Positions 55,730-64,000 of a DNA stretch of 64,000 nt are shown here, piece by piece (positions within the stretch are counted from its first letter, which is position 1; each line of letters opens with the position of its first letter). Source of the stretch: an uncultured Candidatus Rokubacteria bacterium (lineage in GTDB: Bacteria; Methylomirabilota; Methylomirabilia; Rokubacteriales; CSP1-6). The notes under the pieces were generated by a model. That model did not search any database and was not told the origin of the DNA. It saw only the letters and a list, made by a program, of their open reading frames with translations. The stretch covers positions 384,001 to 448,000 of the forward strand of contig CAWBMV010000022.1 in NCBI GenBank assembly GCA_963789955.1. Reading direction: 5' to 3'. A program made the translations under genes and the position numbers.

Positions 55730-56728
55730 TCGTCGACCATCAGCACGATCTTTCCGGTCTGCGTGTCGCTCAGCATGTACTTGTGCGCGTCGGTCAGCCG
55801 CTCGAACGGGAACGTGCGATCGAGCACGGGCCTGAGCGCGCCTTTGGTGACCGCGTCGAGCAGGTGCGCGGTGAACCGCTCGCTGCACGCGAGCGATTCC
55901 TCGGGCGTGCGCGTGCGGAAGGTGACGCCGATGATCGACGCCCGCTTGCGGGCGATCTCGTCCAGGTCGCAGTCGCCGACACGGCCGGCGTTGCGCCCGA
56001 CACTCACGAGCCGCGCCTTGAGGGCGAGCACCCGGATGTTGTCCGCCAGCATCGGGCCGCCGACGTGGTCGATGATCACGTCGACGCCCCGACCGCCGGT
56101 CGCGCGCATCACGGCGTCGACCCATTTGCCGGCGTCGCGGGTGTCGACGACCTCGTGCGCGCCGAGCGCGCGCAGCGCGTCGGCCTTGCCCGGCGTGCGG
56201 GTGGTCGCGATGACCGGGTTCGCGCCGACGTGGCGGGCGATCTGGATCGCCGCGGTGCCGACACCCGACGGCCCGGCGGTGACCATCACCGACTCGCCCG
56301 GCCGGACGGCGGCGTTGGTGACCAGCGCGTCGTGGGCGGTGACGAACACGTTGGGGATCGACGCCGCCTCGGCCCACGACATGCCGGCGGGGACTCGCAT
56401 CAGGGCGCGCTGGTGGGCGACGACGGACTTCGCGTAGCTGCCGACCGCGCGGCCCATGACGCGATCGCCCGGCTGCCAGGCGTTCACGCCGTCGCCGACC
56501 GCCGCGATCTCGCCCGCGAACTCGGTGCCCGCTCGCGCGGGATTGACGGGCGCGCTGCCCGGGTCGCAGCGCCGCGCCGCGGATCAGCTCGCCGCGATTG
56601 GTGCCGGCGGCGCGCACGGCCACCGCCACCTGACCGGGGCCGGGCGCGGCCACCGGCGTTTCGCGCAGCTCGAAGACCGCGCCCTCGGGGCCGGGAACCG
56701 CGAACCACGCCTTCATCGTCTGTGCCAT
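55730..56728 (-). CDS. MDR-family NAD(P)H:quinone oxidoreductase; frameshift near 56565, reads in frame into downstream gene
   Basis: G.EFAG, GDRVMG, TAHDAL, SGVGTAAIQ, GVDVIID.VGG, GKIVL. Confidence 0.88.
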
Positions 56729-56760
56729 GGCGGAACCTCCTTGACGGCTGCGGCGGTCGT

Positions 56761-58305
56761 TCAGCGCGCCTTGAGCTTCAGATCCTCGTAGGGCGACAGG
56801 TACGGATGTCCGGTGATCGTCGGGCTCTCCGCGAGCCGCGCGCCGATGCCGATCAGCAGGGACGGCTCGACGATCGGCGCGAACATCGCCCGCTCGTGCA
56901 TGAGCTGCTGGATCTTGGTCAGCATCGCCTCGCGCCGCTTCTTGTCCATCTCCGCCGCCTGATCGCGGAAGAGCGAGTCGATGTCCGGGTAGCCGCCGTA
57001 CGAGCGGATGCCCGTGGAGATCACGAACGCCTCGATCCGGGTCGCCGCGTTGCCGGCGGCGGCGCTGCCCACGCGGACGAGGTGCTTGAACGTCTTTTCC
57101 TGGTCGGCCTTGTAGAACCCGGCGCGCTCCATCGGTCGCAGCCGCGCGCGGATCCCGATGGCCTGAAAGCCGTTGATGACGGCCTCGGCCTCCGGCGCGT
57201 ACACGGCGTCGGTGGCCATCTCGATCGCGTCGAAGCCCTTGGGGTAGCCCGCTTCGGCCAGGAGCTGCTTGGCCTTCGCCGGGTCGAACGGATACGCCGG
57301 CGGGGCCCAGTGGAACTCGAAGTCGCGGGGGACGATCGAGAACGCCAGCTTGCCGTAGCCGAGGTACTCGGCCTCGTTGATCGTCTTGCGGTCGATCGCG
57401 AGGTTGGCGGCGAGTCGCACGCGCTGGTCGGCCCAGGGCGACTTCGAGTCGAACTGCTCGGTGAAGACGATCCACTCGGTGAAGGTCGGCGACGTCGGCT
57501 TGAGCGTGAGGCCGGCCGTCCGCTTGACCTCTTCCGCGTTCGGCCCGCGGATCGAGTAGGCGACGTCGGCCTCGGCGCGCTTGAGCATGGCCAGGCGCGT
57601 CGACTCGTCCGGCACCGACTTGAAGATCAGGCGCTTCACCGCGGGCGTCTTGCGCCAGAAGCCCTCGTACGCTTCGACGACGAGCTCGACGCCGGGATTG
57701 AACGAGACGAAGCGGTACGGCCCGGCGCCGACCGGCGCCTTCTTGAAGCCCTCGTCGCCCACGCGCTCGGTGTACTTCTTCGGCACGATCCACGCCGCCC
57801 CGGTGGCCGGCGTCGCGTAGAACGTCATGAAGTCCGGCCACGGCTGCTTGAACCGGAAGCGCACGTGGAGCGGGTCGACGACCTCGACCGCCGCCACCCG
57901 CGCCTTCAAGGTCGAAGCCCCCGCGCCCTTGTAGCGCTCGAACGAGAACTTCACGTCGTCGGCGCTGAGCGGGTCGCCGTTGTGGAACTTGACGCCCTTG
58001 CGGAGGACGAACTCGTAGGTGAGCCCGTCCTTCGACACCGTCCAGGATTCGGCCAGGCTCGGCGCCCAGGCGTTGCCGGGCATCGGCTTCACCAGGGCAT
58101 CGTGGAGCGCGTAGAGCGTCAGGAATGGCGTGATGACTCCCGGCGTCTCGGCGGGATCGAACCACGCCGGCGCCAGCGAGACGTGCACGGCGAACGTGAG
58201 CTGTCCTTCCGGCGAAGCGGCGGCCGAGGTGGCGAGCGGCGCCGGCGCGACGACGGCCAGGGCGAGCAGCAGCACCAGGATCAGCGATGAGCGGCGAACC
58301 CTCAC
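56761..58305 (-). CDS. ABC transporter substrate-binding protein, family 5
   Basis: Signal peptide; WFDPAET, PSLAESW, FHNGD, PVGAGPY, PYEDLKLK. Confidence 0.93.
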   Translation of the reverse strand: MRVRRSSLILVLLLALAVVAPAPLATSAAASPEGQLTFAVHVSLAPAWFDPAETPGVITPFLTLYALHDALVKPMPGNAWAPSLAESWTVSKDGLTYEFVLRKGVKFHNGDPLSADDVKFSFERYKGAGASTLKARVAAVEVVDPLHVRFRFKQPWPDFMTFYATPATGAAWIVPKKYTERVGDEGFKKAPVGAGPYRFVSFNPGVELVVEAYEGFWRKTPAVKRLIFKSVPDESTRLAMLKRAEADVAYSIRGPNAEEVKRTAGLTLKPTSPTFTEWIVFTEQFDSKSPWADQRVRLAANLAIDRKTINEAEYLGYGKLAFSIVPRDFEFHWAPPAYPFDPAKAKQLLAEAGYPKGFDAIEMATDAVYAPEAEAVINGFQAIGIRARLRPMERAGFYKADQEKTFKHLVRVGSAAAGNAATRIEAFVISTGIRSYGGYPDIDSLFRDQAAEMDKKRREAMLTKIQQLMHERAMFAPIVEPSLLIGIGARLAESPTITGHPYLSPYEDLKLKAR

Positions 58306-58383
58306 GATGTCCTCCGTTCTCTCTCTCGAAAGGCTGACTACGACGGGGAAGCATACACCGTCGAGGCGTTTATAATCCGGTCC

Positions 58384-59593
58384 ATGAACACCTCCGCGAT
58401 CCTCGCCGACGCCAAGAGCATCCTGGACGACACGATCCAGCTTCGACGCCGCATCCACCGGCAGCCCGAGGTGGGCTTGAGCGTGCCGCGAACGCAGGCC
58501 ACGGTGCTCGAAGCGCTCGAAGGGCTCGGGCTCGACGTCCGGACGGGGCAGCGCACGACGTCGATCGTGGCGCGGCTCACCGGCGCTCGTCCGGGCCCGA
58601 CGATCTTGCTGCGGGCCGACATGGACGCGCTGCCGATGCCCGAGGAGACGGGACTCCCGTTCGCCTCGGAGGTGAGCGGCCGCATGCACGCGTGCGGCCA
58701 CGATGCGCACACCGCGATGCTCGTCGGCGCCGCGCGCCTGCTCGCCCGACGGCGCGACTCGTTCGCGGGCTCGGTGTTGTTCATGCTGCAGCCGGGCGAG
58801 GAGGGCTACCACGGCGCGCGCGTGATGATCGAGGAGGGATTGCTCGACGGGCGCGGCCCCGCCGAGTGGCGCCTTCGCGCTACACGTGACGCACCGGATG
58901 GCGGCCGGCTCCATCTCGGCCCGACCGGGCGCCGCGATGGCGTCGGGTGACACGTTGCAGATCGTGGTGCGAGGCAAGGGGGGCCATGCCTCGGCGCCGC
59001 ACGATTGCCTGGATCCGATCCCGATCGCCTGCGAGATCGTGCAGGCGTTCCAGACCCTGGTGACGCGCCGGGTTCACGTCTTCGATCCGGCCGTCGTGAC
59101 CGTCGCCAAGATCGAGGCCGGCACGACGCGCAACGTGATCCCCGACACCGCGAGCATGCTCGGGACGATCCGCACCGTCTCCGAGCCGACCCGCGAGCGC
59201 GTGCTCGACGGGGTGCGCCGGGTCGCCGAGGGCATCGCGGCGGCCCACGGCGCCGAGGTCGACGTGGAGCTGATCCGAGGCTATCCCGTCACGGTCAACG
59301 ACCCGGACTTCGCGGGCTTCGTCCTGGACACCGCCCGCGAATTGCTCGGGCCCGAGGCGGTCCACGCGGCGAGCCATCCGATCATGGCGAGCGAGGACTT
59401 CTCGTATGTGCTCCAGCGCGTCCCGGGCACGATCGCGAACCTGAGCACGCGGCCGGACACCGACGCGGCGTTCCCGAACCACTCGCCGCGGATGCTCGTG
59501 AACGAGTCGGCGCTCGCCGCCGGCATCGCGATGCACGTGGCGGTGGCGCTGCGATTCCTCGAAAAGGGAGCGGGTCCGGCCAAGAGCGGCTGA
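58384..59593 (+). CDS. M20-family amidohydrolase (hippurate hydrolase-like), frameshift near 58870
   Basis: H.QPE, LRADMDALP, MHACGHDAH, QPGEE, GKGGHAS, SEDF, HSP. Confidence 0.93.
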
Positions 59594-59622
59594 GGCCGGC
59601 TACTCAGCGCGGTTCGCATTCG

Positions 59623-60630
59623 TCATTCGAACGCGAAGATGCGCTTCCAGTCGTTCTTCATGCTGATGACGATCCAGCCCCGTTTCTGGGCTTCGGCCAT
59701 CAGCGCGTCGGGGAAGGTGCCGACCTTCGACTTCGGGCCGTAGGCGTACTCGCGCTTGTCGTCGTCGTGATGCACGAGCACCATGAGCCGCGCGCCGTCG
59801 CCGGCCTGGGTGTACTCGAGCATCTGCTGATCGCCCGCCGAGTTGCCGAACGTCGCCACCGGTCTGCGCCCGATCATCAGGTGGATGCCGACCGGCTTGC
59901 CGATCTTGTCGTCGACCAGCAGCACTTTCGGCACCTTGGTCAGGATCGCCTTCCCGCTCTTGTCGTACCCGAACTTCGTGTCGGCGGCCGAGCCCACGAC
60001 CTGCTCGGGCGGGATGCCGTAGACCTTCTCGGCGTACGCGCGAACGAAGTCCTGGCCGCCGCCGGTGACGAAGTAGGTCTTGTAGCCGCTCGCGCGCATG
60101 TGTTGCATCACCTCGAGCATCGGCTGGTAGACGAGCTCGGTGAAAGGACGCTGGAAGCGCGGGTGCTTCGCCTTGGCGATCCAGTCCTGAACGATCGTCT
60201 GGAACGCCTCGACCGTCATGCCGGTGTGAGTGACGGCGAGGATCTTCTCGAGGTCCTGGATCGTCAGCTTGGCCATCGCCGCTCGGTCGCCGGAGAGGAC
60301 CGTCTTGAAGGGCTCGACCTCCTTCAGCTTCGGGTCCTTCTCCGCCATGACCCCGACCTGGTGAAGCGCGAACATCACCTGCGTGTACATCGGCTGCTCG
60401 ACCCAGGTGGTCCCGTCCTGGTCGAACACGGCGATGCGCGCCTCGGGCGCGACGAACTTGGGGCTCGCCGTGTCCGTGGTGACGCGCACGAATTCCAGGA
60501 TCGCCTGCTTCGCCGGGCCGTCGTTCCACGAAGGCAGGGGATCGGTTTGGGCGCCGGCGGGCGCGCACACCGCCAGCACGAGACAGAGCGCCACCATGGC
60601 GCTCACGACGACGTTCATTGTGCGTTTCAT
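59623..60630 (-). CDS. Secreted HAD-like hydrolase (nonspecific acid phosphatase-like)
   Basis: Signal peptide; LPSWNDG, FDQDGT.WVEQP, YQPMLE, FGNS.GD, REYAY. Confidence 0.9.
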   Translation of the reverse strand: MKRTMNVVVSAMVALCLVLAVCAPAGAQTDPLPSWNDGPAKQAILEFVRVTTDTASPKFVAPEARIAVFDQDGTTWVEQPMYTQVMFALHQVGVMAEKDPKLKEVEPFKTVLSGDRAAMAKLTIQDLEKILAVTHTGMTVEAFQTIVQDWIAKAKHPRFQRPFTELVYQPMLEVMQHMRASGYKTYFVTGGGQDFVRAYAEKVYGIPPEQVVGSAADTKFGYDKSGKAILTKVPKVLLVDDKIGKPVGIHLMIGRRPVATFGNSAGDQQMLEYTQAGDGARLMVLVHHDDDKREYAYGPKSKVGTFPDALMAEAQKRGWIVISMKNDWKRIFAFE

Positions 60631-60800
60631 CGTCCGCTCCTGTTCTGTCCGCGAGGAACGTATCCCGGGACGGCAAACCACCACGACTCAGACGCGCTGT
60701 GGATTGGAGGTTGGGCGATTTGATGGTTCGACCTCAATGAGACTTTCGTCCCACCGGTCAGCGCCTGGGCTTCGCGGTTACGAGCGGCGCTTCTGAAGTC

Positions 60801-60836
60801 GGAAAGACGAACGCCCCGGCCAAGGGCACCGGGGCG
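60801..60836 (-). terminator. Probable terminator after amidohydrolase gene
   Basis: CGCCCCGG/CCGGGGCG stem followed on minus strand by TTCGTCTTTC. Confidence 0.55.
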
Positions 60837-60922
60837 CTGTGTAACGTGAACGGGCCGCGGGCGCGCTACGCGATGGCTGGCGCGCTCCGCGCGGCGCGGC
60901 CATTGCGTGGCCTCCACGTTCA

Positions 60923-62068
60923 TCAATTCATCAAGCCGTAGAACTTCCCGGCGTTCTCGCAGGTGATCTTGCGCACGACGTCGGCCGGCAGGTGGCCGAA
61001 CTGCTCCTCGATGTACTTCGACGACTCGGGCCACACGCCGTCGGTGTGCGGATAGTCCGACGCCCACATGAGCGTCTCGGCGCCCATCTCGTGGATCATC
61101 TGAGTCCCGATGCGGTCGAACTGGAACGTGGCCTTGCACTGGCGCCGCCAGTAGTCGCTCGGCTTCATGGTGAGGCCGAGGTCGCGGAAGCGGTCCTCCC
61201 ACTCGAAGTCCATCCGGTCGAGCGCGTACGGGATCCAGCCGATGCCGCTCTCGCCGAAGGAGATCTTCAAGGTCGGATGCCGCTCGAGCACGGCGGAGCC
61301 GACGATCGCGGACAGGATGTTGACCAGGTTCATCTGAAATCCACAAACGCCCTGGAACAGCGCGGCCCGGCGGGCGAGGGTGGTGGGCGCCTTGTCGCGC
61401 ACGGTCTGCGGCACGCTGGGGAACGTGTGGAAGTGCAGCGGCAGGTTCACCTCGCTGACGGCCTGCCAGAGCGGCTCCCAGCACGGATGCCACATGGGCT
61501 CCATGTCCCACGAGCACGACAGCTCGAGCCCCTTCAGGCCCATCTTCGCCACGCGCCGAACTTCTTGCACGGCCGCGTCGATGTCACCGTAGGGCAGGCA
61601 GGCCAGGCCGATCTGCCGGTCCGGATAGTGCCGGCAGAAGTCCTTCAGCCAGTCGTTGTAGATCCGGAACATCTCCTTGGCCGCCTCGTGGTCGTTCAGG
61701 CGAGTGGCGGCGCCGAGGATGCCGAAGATGACCTCGGCCTGCACGCCGTCCATCTCCATGTCCTTCAGGCGGAGGTGCGGATCGGTCGGCCGCCGGATGC
61801 CCTTCTTGCCGTCCTCGTAGAGCCCGACCGCGGCCATCTTGTCGACGCGGTAATTCTGGCCGGGCACCAGCTTGGCGCCGCCGGGGCCGACGCCCCCGAC
61901 CAGCCCGAACGACGTGCCGTTCTTGCAGGTCCAGTGCGGGCCGTCCGGTCCGTCCGCCACGTACGGCATGCGCTCCTTCAGCGCCGCCGACGCGTTCGAC
62001 GTGAACAGATCCGGAGGTATCCACGGCATGTCGATGTGGCAGTCGGCCGAGATCCGCGTATAGCGCAT
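60923..62068 (-). CDS. Amidohydrolase_2 family protein, close paralog of 43640-44779
   Basis: ISADCH, SCSWDMEPMWH, ESGIGWIPY, WASDYPH. Confidence 0.93.
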   Translation of the reverse strand: MRYTRISADCHIDMPWIPPDLFTSNASAALKERMPYVADGPDGPHWTCKNGTSFGLVGGVGPGGAKLVPGQNYRVDKMAAVGLYEDGKKGIRRPTDPHLRLKDMEMDGVQAEVIFGILGAATRLNDHEAAKEMFRIYNDWLKDFCRHYPDRQIGLACLPYGDIDAAVQEVRRVAKMGLKGLELSCSWDMEPMWHPCWEPLWQAVSEVNLPLHFHTFPSVPQTVRDKAPTTLARRAALFQGVCGFQMNLVNILSAIVGSAVLERHPTLKISFGESGIGWIPYALDRMDFEWEDRFRDLGLTMKPSDYWRRQCKATFQFDRIGTQMIHEMGAETLMWASDYPHTDGVWPESSKYIEEQFGHLPADVVRKITCENAGKFYGLMN

Positions 62069-62294
62069 CAGTCGTCCTCCCTCGCGTAGATGCGACAGAT
62101 GTTACGCTCTTGCCCCCTCGCGGTAAAGGTCTGCCATTACTCCTGACGGCCGGCTGCTGATTCCTCCGGCCGTGTTCGGCGGACGCCCTCTTGACGCGGG
62201 TCGCCCGGGGCGCGATCGTGATGCGCGGCGGGGCGGGGGGCAGCGCGTTTGGAGTTCCTATGCTCTTACTCTCACAAGGATTCGCTGGGAGAAC

Positions 62295-64000
62295 ATGAAG
62301 GAAACTCGAACGATCCGCAGCCTCGTACCGTTCCTCCGACTCCACAAGTGGGGATTCCCTGCGATCGTTGTGCTCGGGTTGCTCCGATCTCTGTCCGAAG
62401 GTGTCGGAATCGGCTTGTTCATTCCGCTGCTCAACGGCCTGGTGGCCGGGACCCAGCCCCGGGCACGAGGGCTATGGCTCGTCGACACGATGGAAGGGCT
62501 GTTCCAAGGCGTGGCGCCGGACCGCCGCCTGGCGATCATTGTCTTGTGCATTTTCGCCGTCGTGCTGGCGAGTGCGCTGCTCGGCTACCTTCACCACATC
62601 CTGTTCGGATGGATCGACGGCAACATCGCCCACGATCTGCGGCGAAGGATCTTCCGGCAACTGCTGACCGTCAGCTTCGGTTTCATCGCGCAAGACCGCT
62701 CAGGACGACTTCTGAACGTCCTGGCCTCGGATACATGGCGGGCCAGCGACGCGATCAGGATTCTCGTTCACCTGATGATCACGACTAGCACCGTCGCCGT
62801 CTACGCTGTGCTTCTGCTTCTGATGTCGTGGCGGCTGACGCTCCTGGTGGCCGCCGCCCTGCTGTTGATCTCTGGCGCGGCCCGACTACTCACCAGGGGT
62901 GCGCGCAAACTCGGGGAGCAAGTGACCCGGTCCAATTCCGAGCTGGCGCATCGGATGGTCGAAGGCATCGACGGGATGAGAGTAATTCGTGCCTTTGGTC
63001 GGGAGCGCCATGAGCAGGGCCGCTTCGATCTGGCGTCGAACCACTTGCGGCGCGTGATGCTTCGAATGAGTTTCCTCGATGGGGTGGTCCATCCGGTCTA
63101 TGAGGTCCTGGCGGCGTCTGTGCTCCTGGGCATCATGTTCATCGCGGCTCCCAGCTCCGGCAATGTCTCGGTCCTCCTCGTGTTCGCCTTCGTTCTGTAC
63201 AGGGTCCAGCCTCGCGTCAAGGAGTTCGACGCGGCACGCACGCGGCTGGCGGCGCTCTCGCCCTCGGTGGAGGAAGTTCTCTCGCTCCTCGACACCGCCG
63301 ACAAGGAGTACCTGAGGTCGGGTACTGTCATTCGCGGGGGGCTTGACCGCAGCATCGTCTTCGACCGGGTGTCCTTCCGGTACAACCCTGCTGATGACCC
63401 AGCGCTGACCGAGGCGTCCTTCAGCATTCCCGCGGGCCAGACCACGGCCTTCGTCGGGCCCTCTGGCGGCGGAAAGTCCACGGTCATCAAACTGCTTCTG
63501 CGTTTCCACGACCCCACGAACGGCACGATCACGGTGGACGGCCGTCCCCTCCCCGAATTCGAGCTCGATTTCTGGCGAAGCCAGATCGCCGTCGTCAGCC
63601 AGGACGTTTTTCTCTTCAACACAACTGTGCGCGAGAACATCGCGTACGGGCGGCTCGACGCCGGCCGGGACGAGATCGTCGAGGCCGCTCGAAAAGCTGA
63701 TGCCCACGAGTTCATCGAGCGTCTCCCGGACAGGTACGACACCGTGCTGGGCCATCATGGCGTGCGCCTGTCGGGTGGAGAGCAACAGCGGATCTCTCTG
63801 GCTCGGGCGATCGTCCGCAATCCGCGCATCCTGATTCTGGATGAAGCAACCAACGCACTCGACAGCATCTCCGAGCAGTGGATACAGGACACGCTGGACA
63901 AGCTGAGCGAGAACCGAACGGTGATCATGATCGCTCACCGCTTGTCGACGATCGAGCGGGCTGACCAGATCATCGTCCTCGAGAAGGGTCGGGTCCGGGA
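62295..64000 (+). CDS. Fused ABC exporter permease/ATPase (MsbA/HepA-like), 3' truncated by window edge
   Basis: Own translation MKETRTIRSLVPFL...EGVGIGLFIPLL; GPSGGGKST, LSGGEQQR, ILDEATNALD, IAHRLST; absent from ORF track because it has no stop. Confidence 0.92.
   Translation, partial: MKETRTIRSLVPFLRLHKWGFPAIVVLGLLRSLSEGVGIGLFIPLLNGLVAGTQPRARGLWLVDTMEGLFQGVAPDRRLAIIVLCIFAVVLASALLGYLHHILFGWIDGNIAHDLRRRIFRQLLTVSFGFIAQDRSGRLLNVLASDTWRASDAIRILVHLMITTSTVAVYAVLLLLMSWRLTLLVAAALLLISGAARLLTRGARKLGEQVTRSNSELAHRMVEGIDGMRVIRAFGRERHEQGRFDLASNHLRRVMLRMSFLDGVVHPVYEVLAASVLLGIMFIAAPSSGNVSVLLVFAFVLYRVQPRVKEFDAARTRLAALSPSVEEVLSLLDTADKEYLRSGTVIRGGLDRSIVFDRVSFRYNPADDPALTEASFSIPAGQTTAFVGPSGGGKSTVIKLLLRFHDPTNGTITVDGRPLPEFELDFWRSQIAVVSQDVFLFNTTVRENIAYGRLDAGRDEIVEAARKADAHEFIERLPDRYDTVLGHHGVRLSGGEQQRISLARAIVRNPRILILDEATNALDSISEQWIQDTLDKLSENRTVIMIAHRLSTIERADQIIVLEKGRVR

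Overview
Very GC-rich bacterial chromosomal window, densely coding, made up almost entirely of accessory catabolic and transport genes: MFS and peptide/nickel-type ABC transport (three family-5 substrate-binding proteins), three luciferase-like monooxygenases, two dienelactone hydrolases, three amidohydrolases, two MetE-like proteins, an alkyl sulfatase and an arylsulfatase, a TfdA/TauD dioxygenase, a Rieske oxygenase alpha/beta pair, a tandem CoA-transferase, and a heavy-metal-type two-component system facing an RND efflux pair. The gene repertoire is suggestive of Candidatus Rokubacteria (Methylomirabilota); this is inference only. Many genes carry single-base frameshifts, most likely long-read consensus errors. 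No rRNA, tRNA, CRISPR array or transposase was recognised. The main signal not explained by the ORFs is a 49-nt structured repeat in four copies with compensatory base changes, each sitting in a divergent intergenic region within about 25 nt of a start codon. A separate perfect 35-bp G-quadruplex-type inverted repeat lies beside a sigma70-like promoter.
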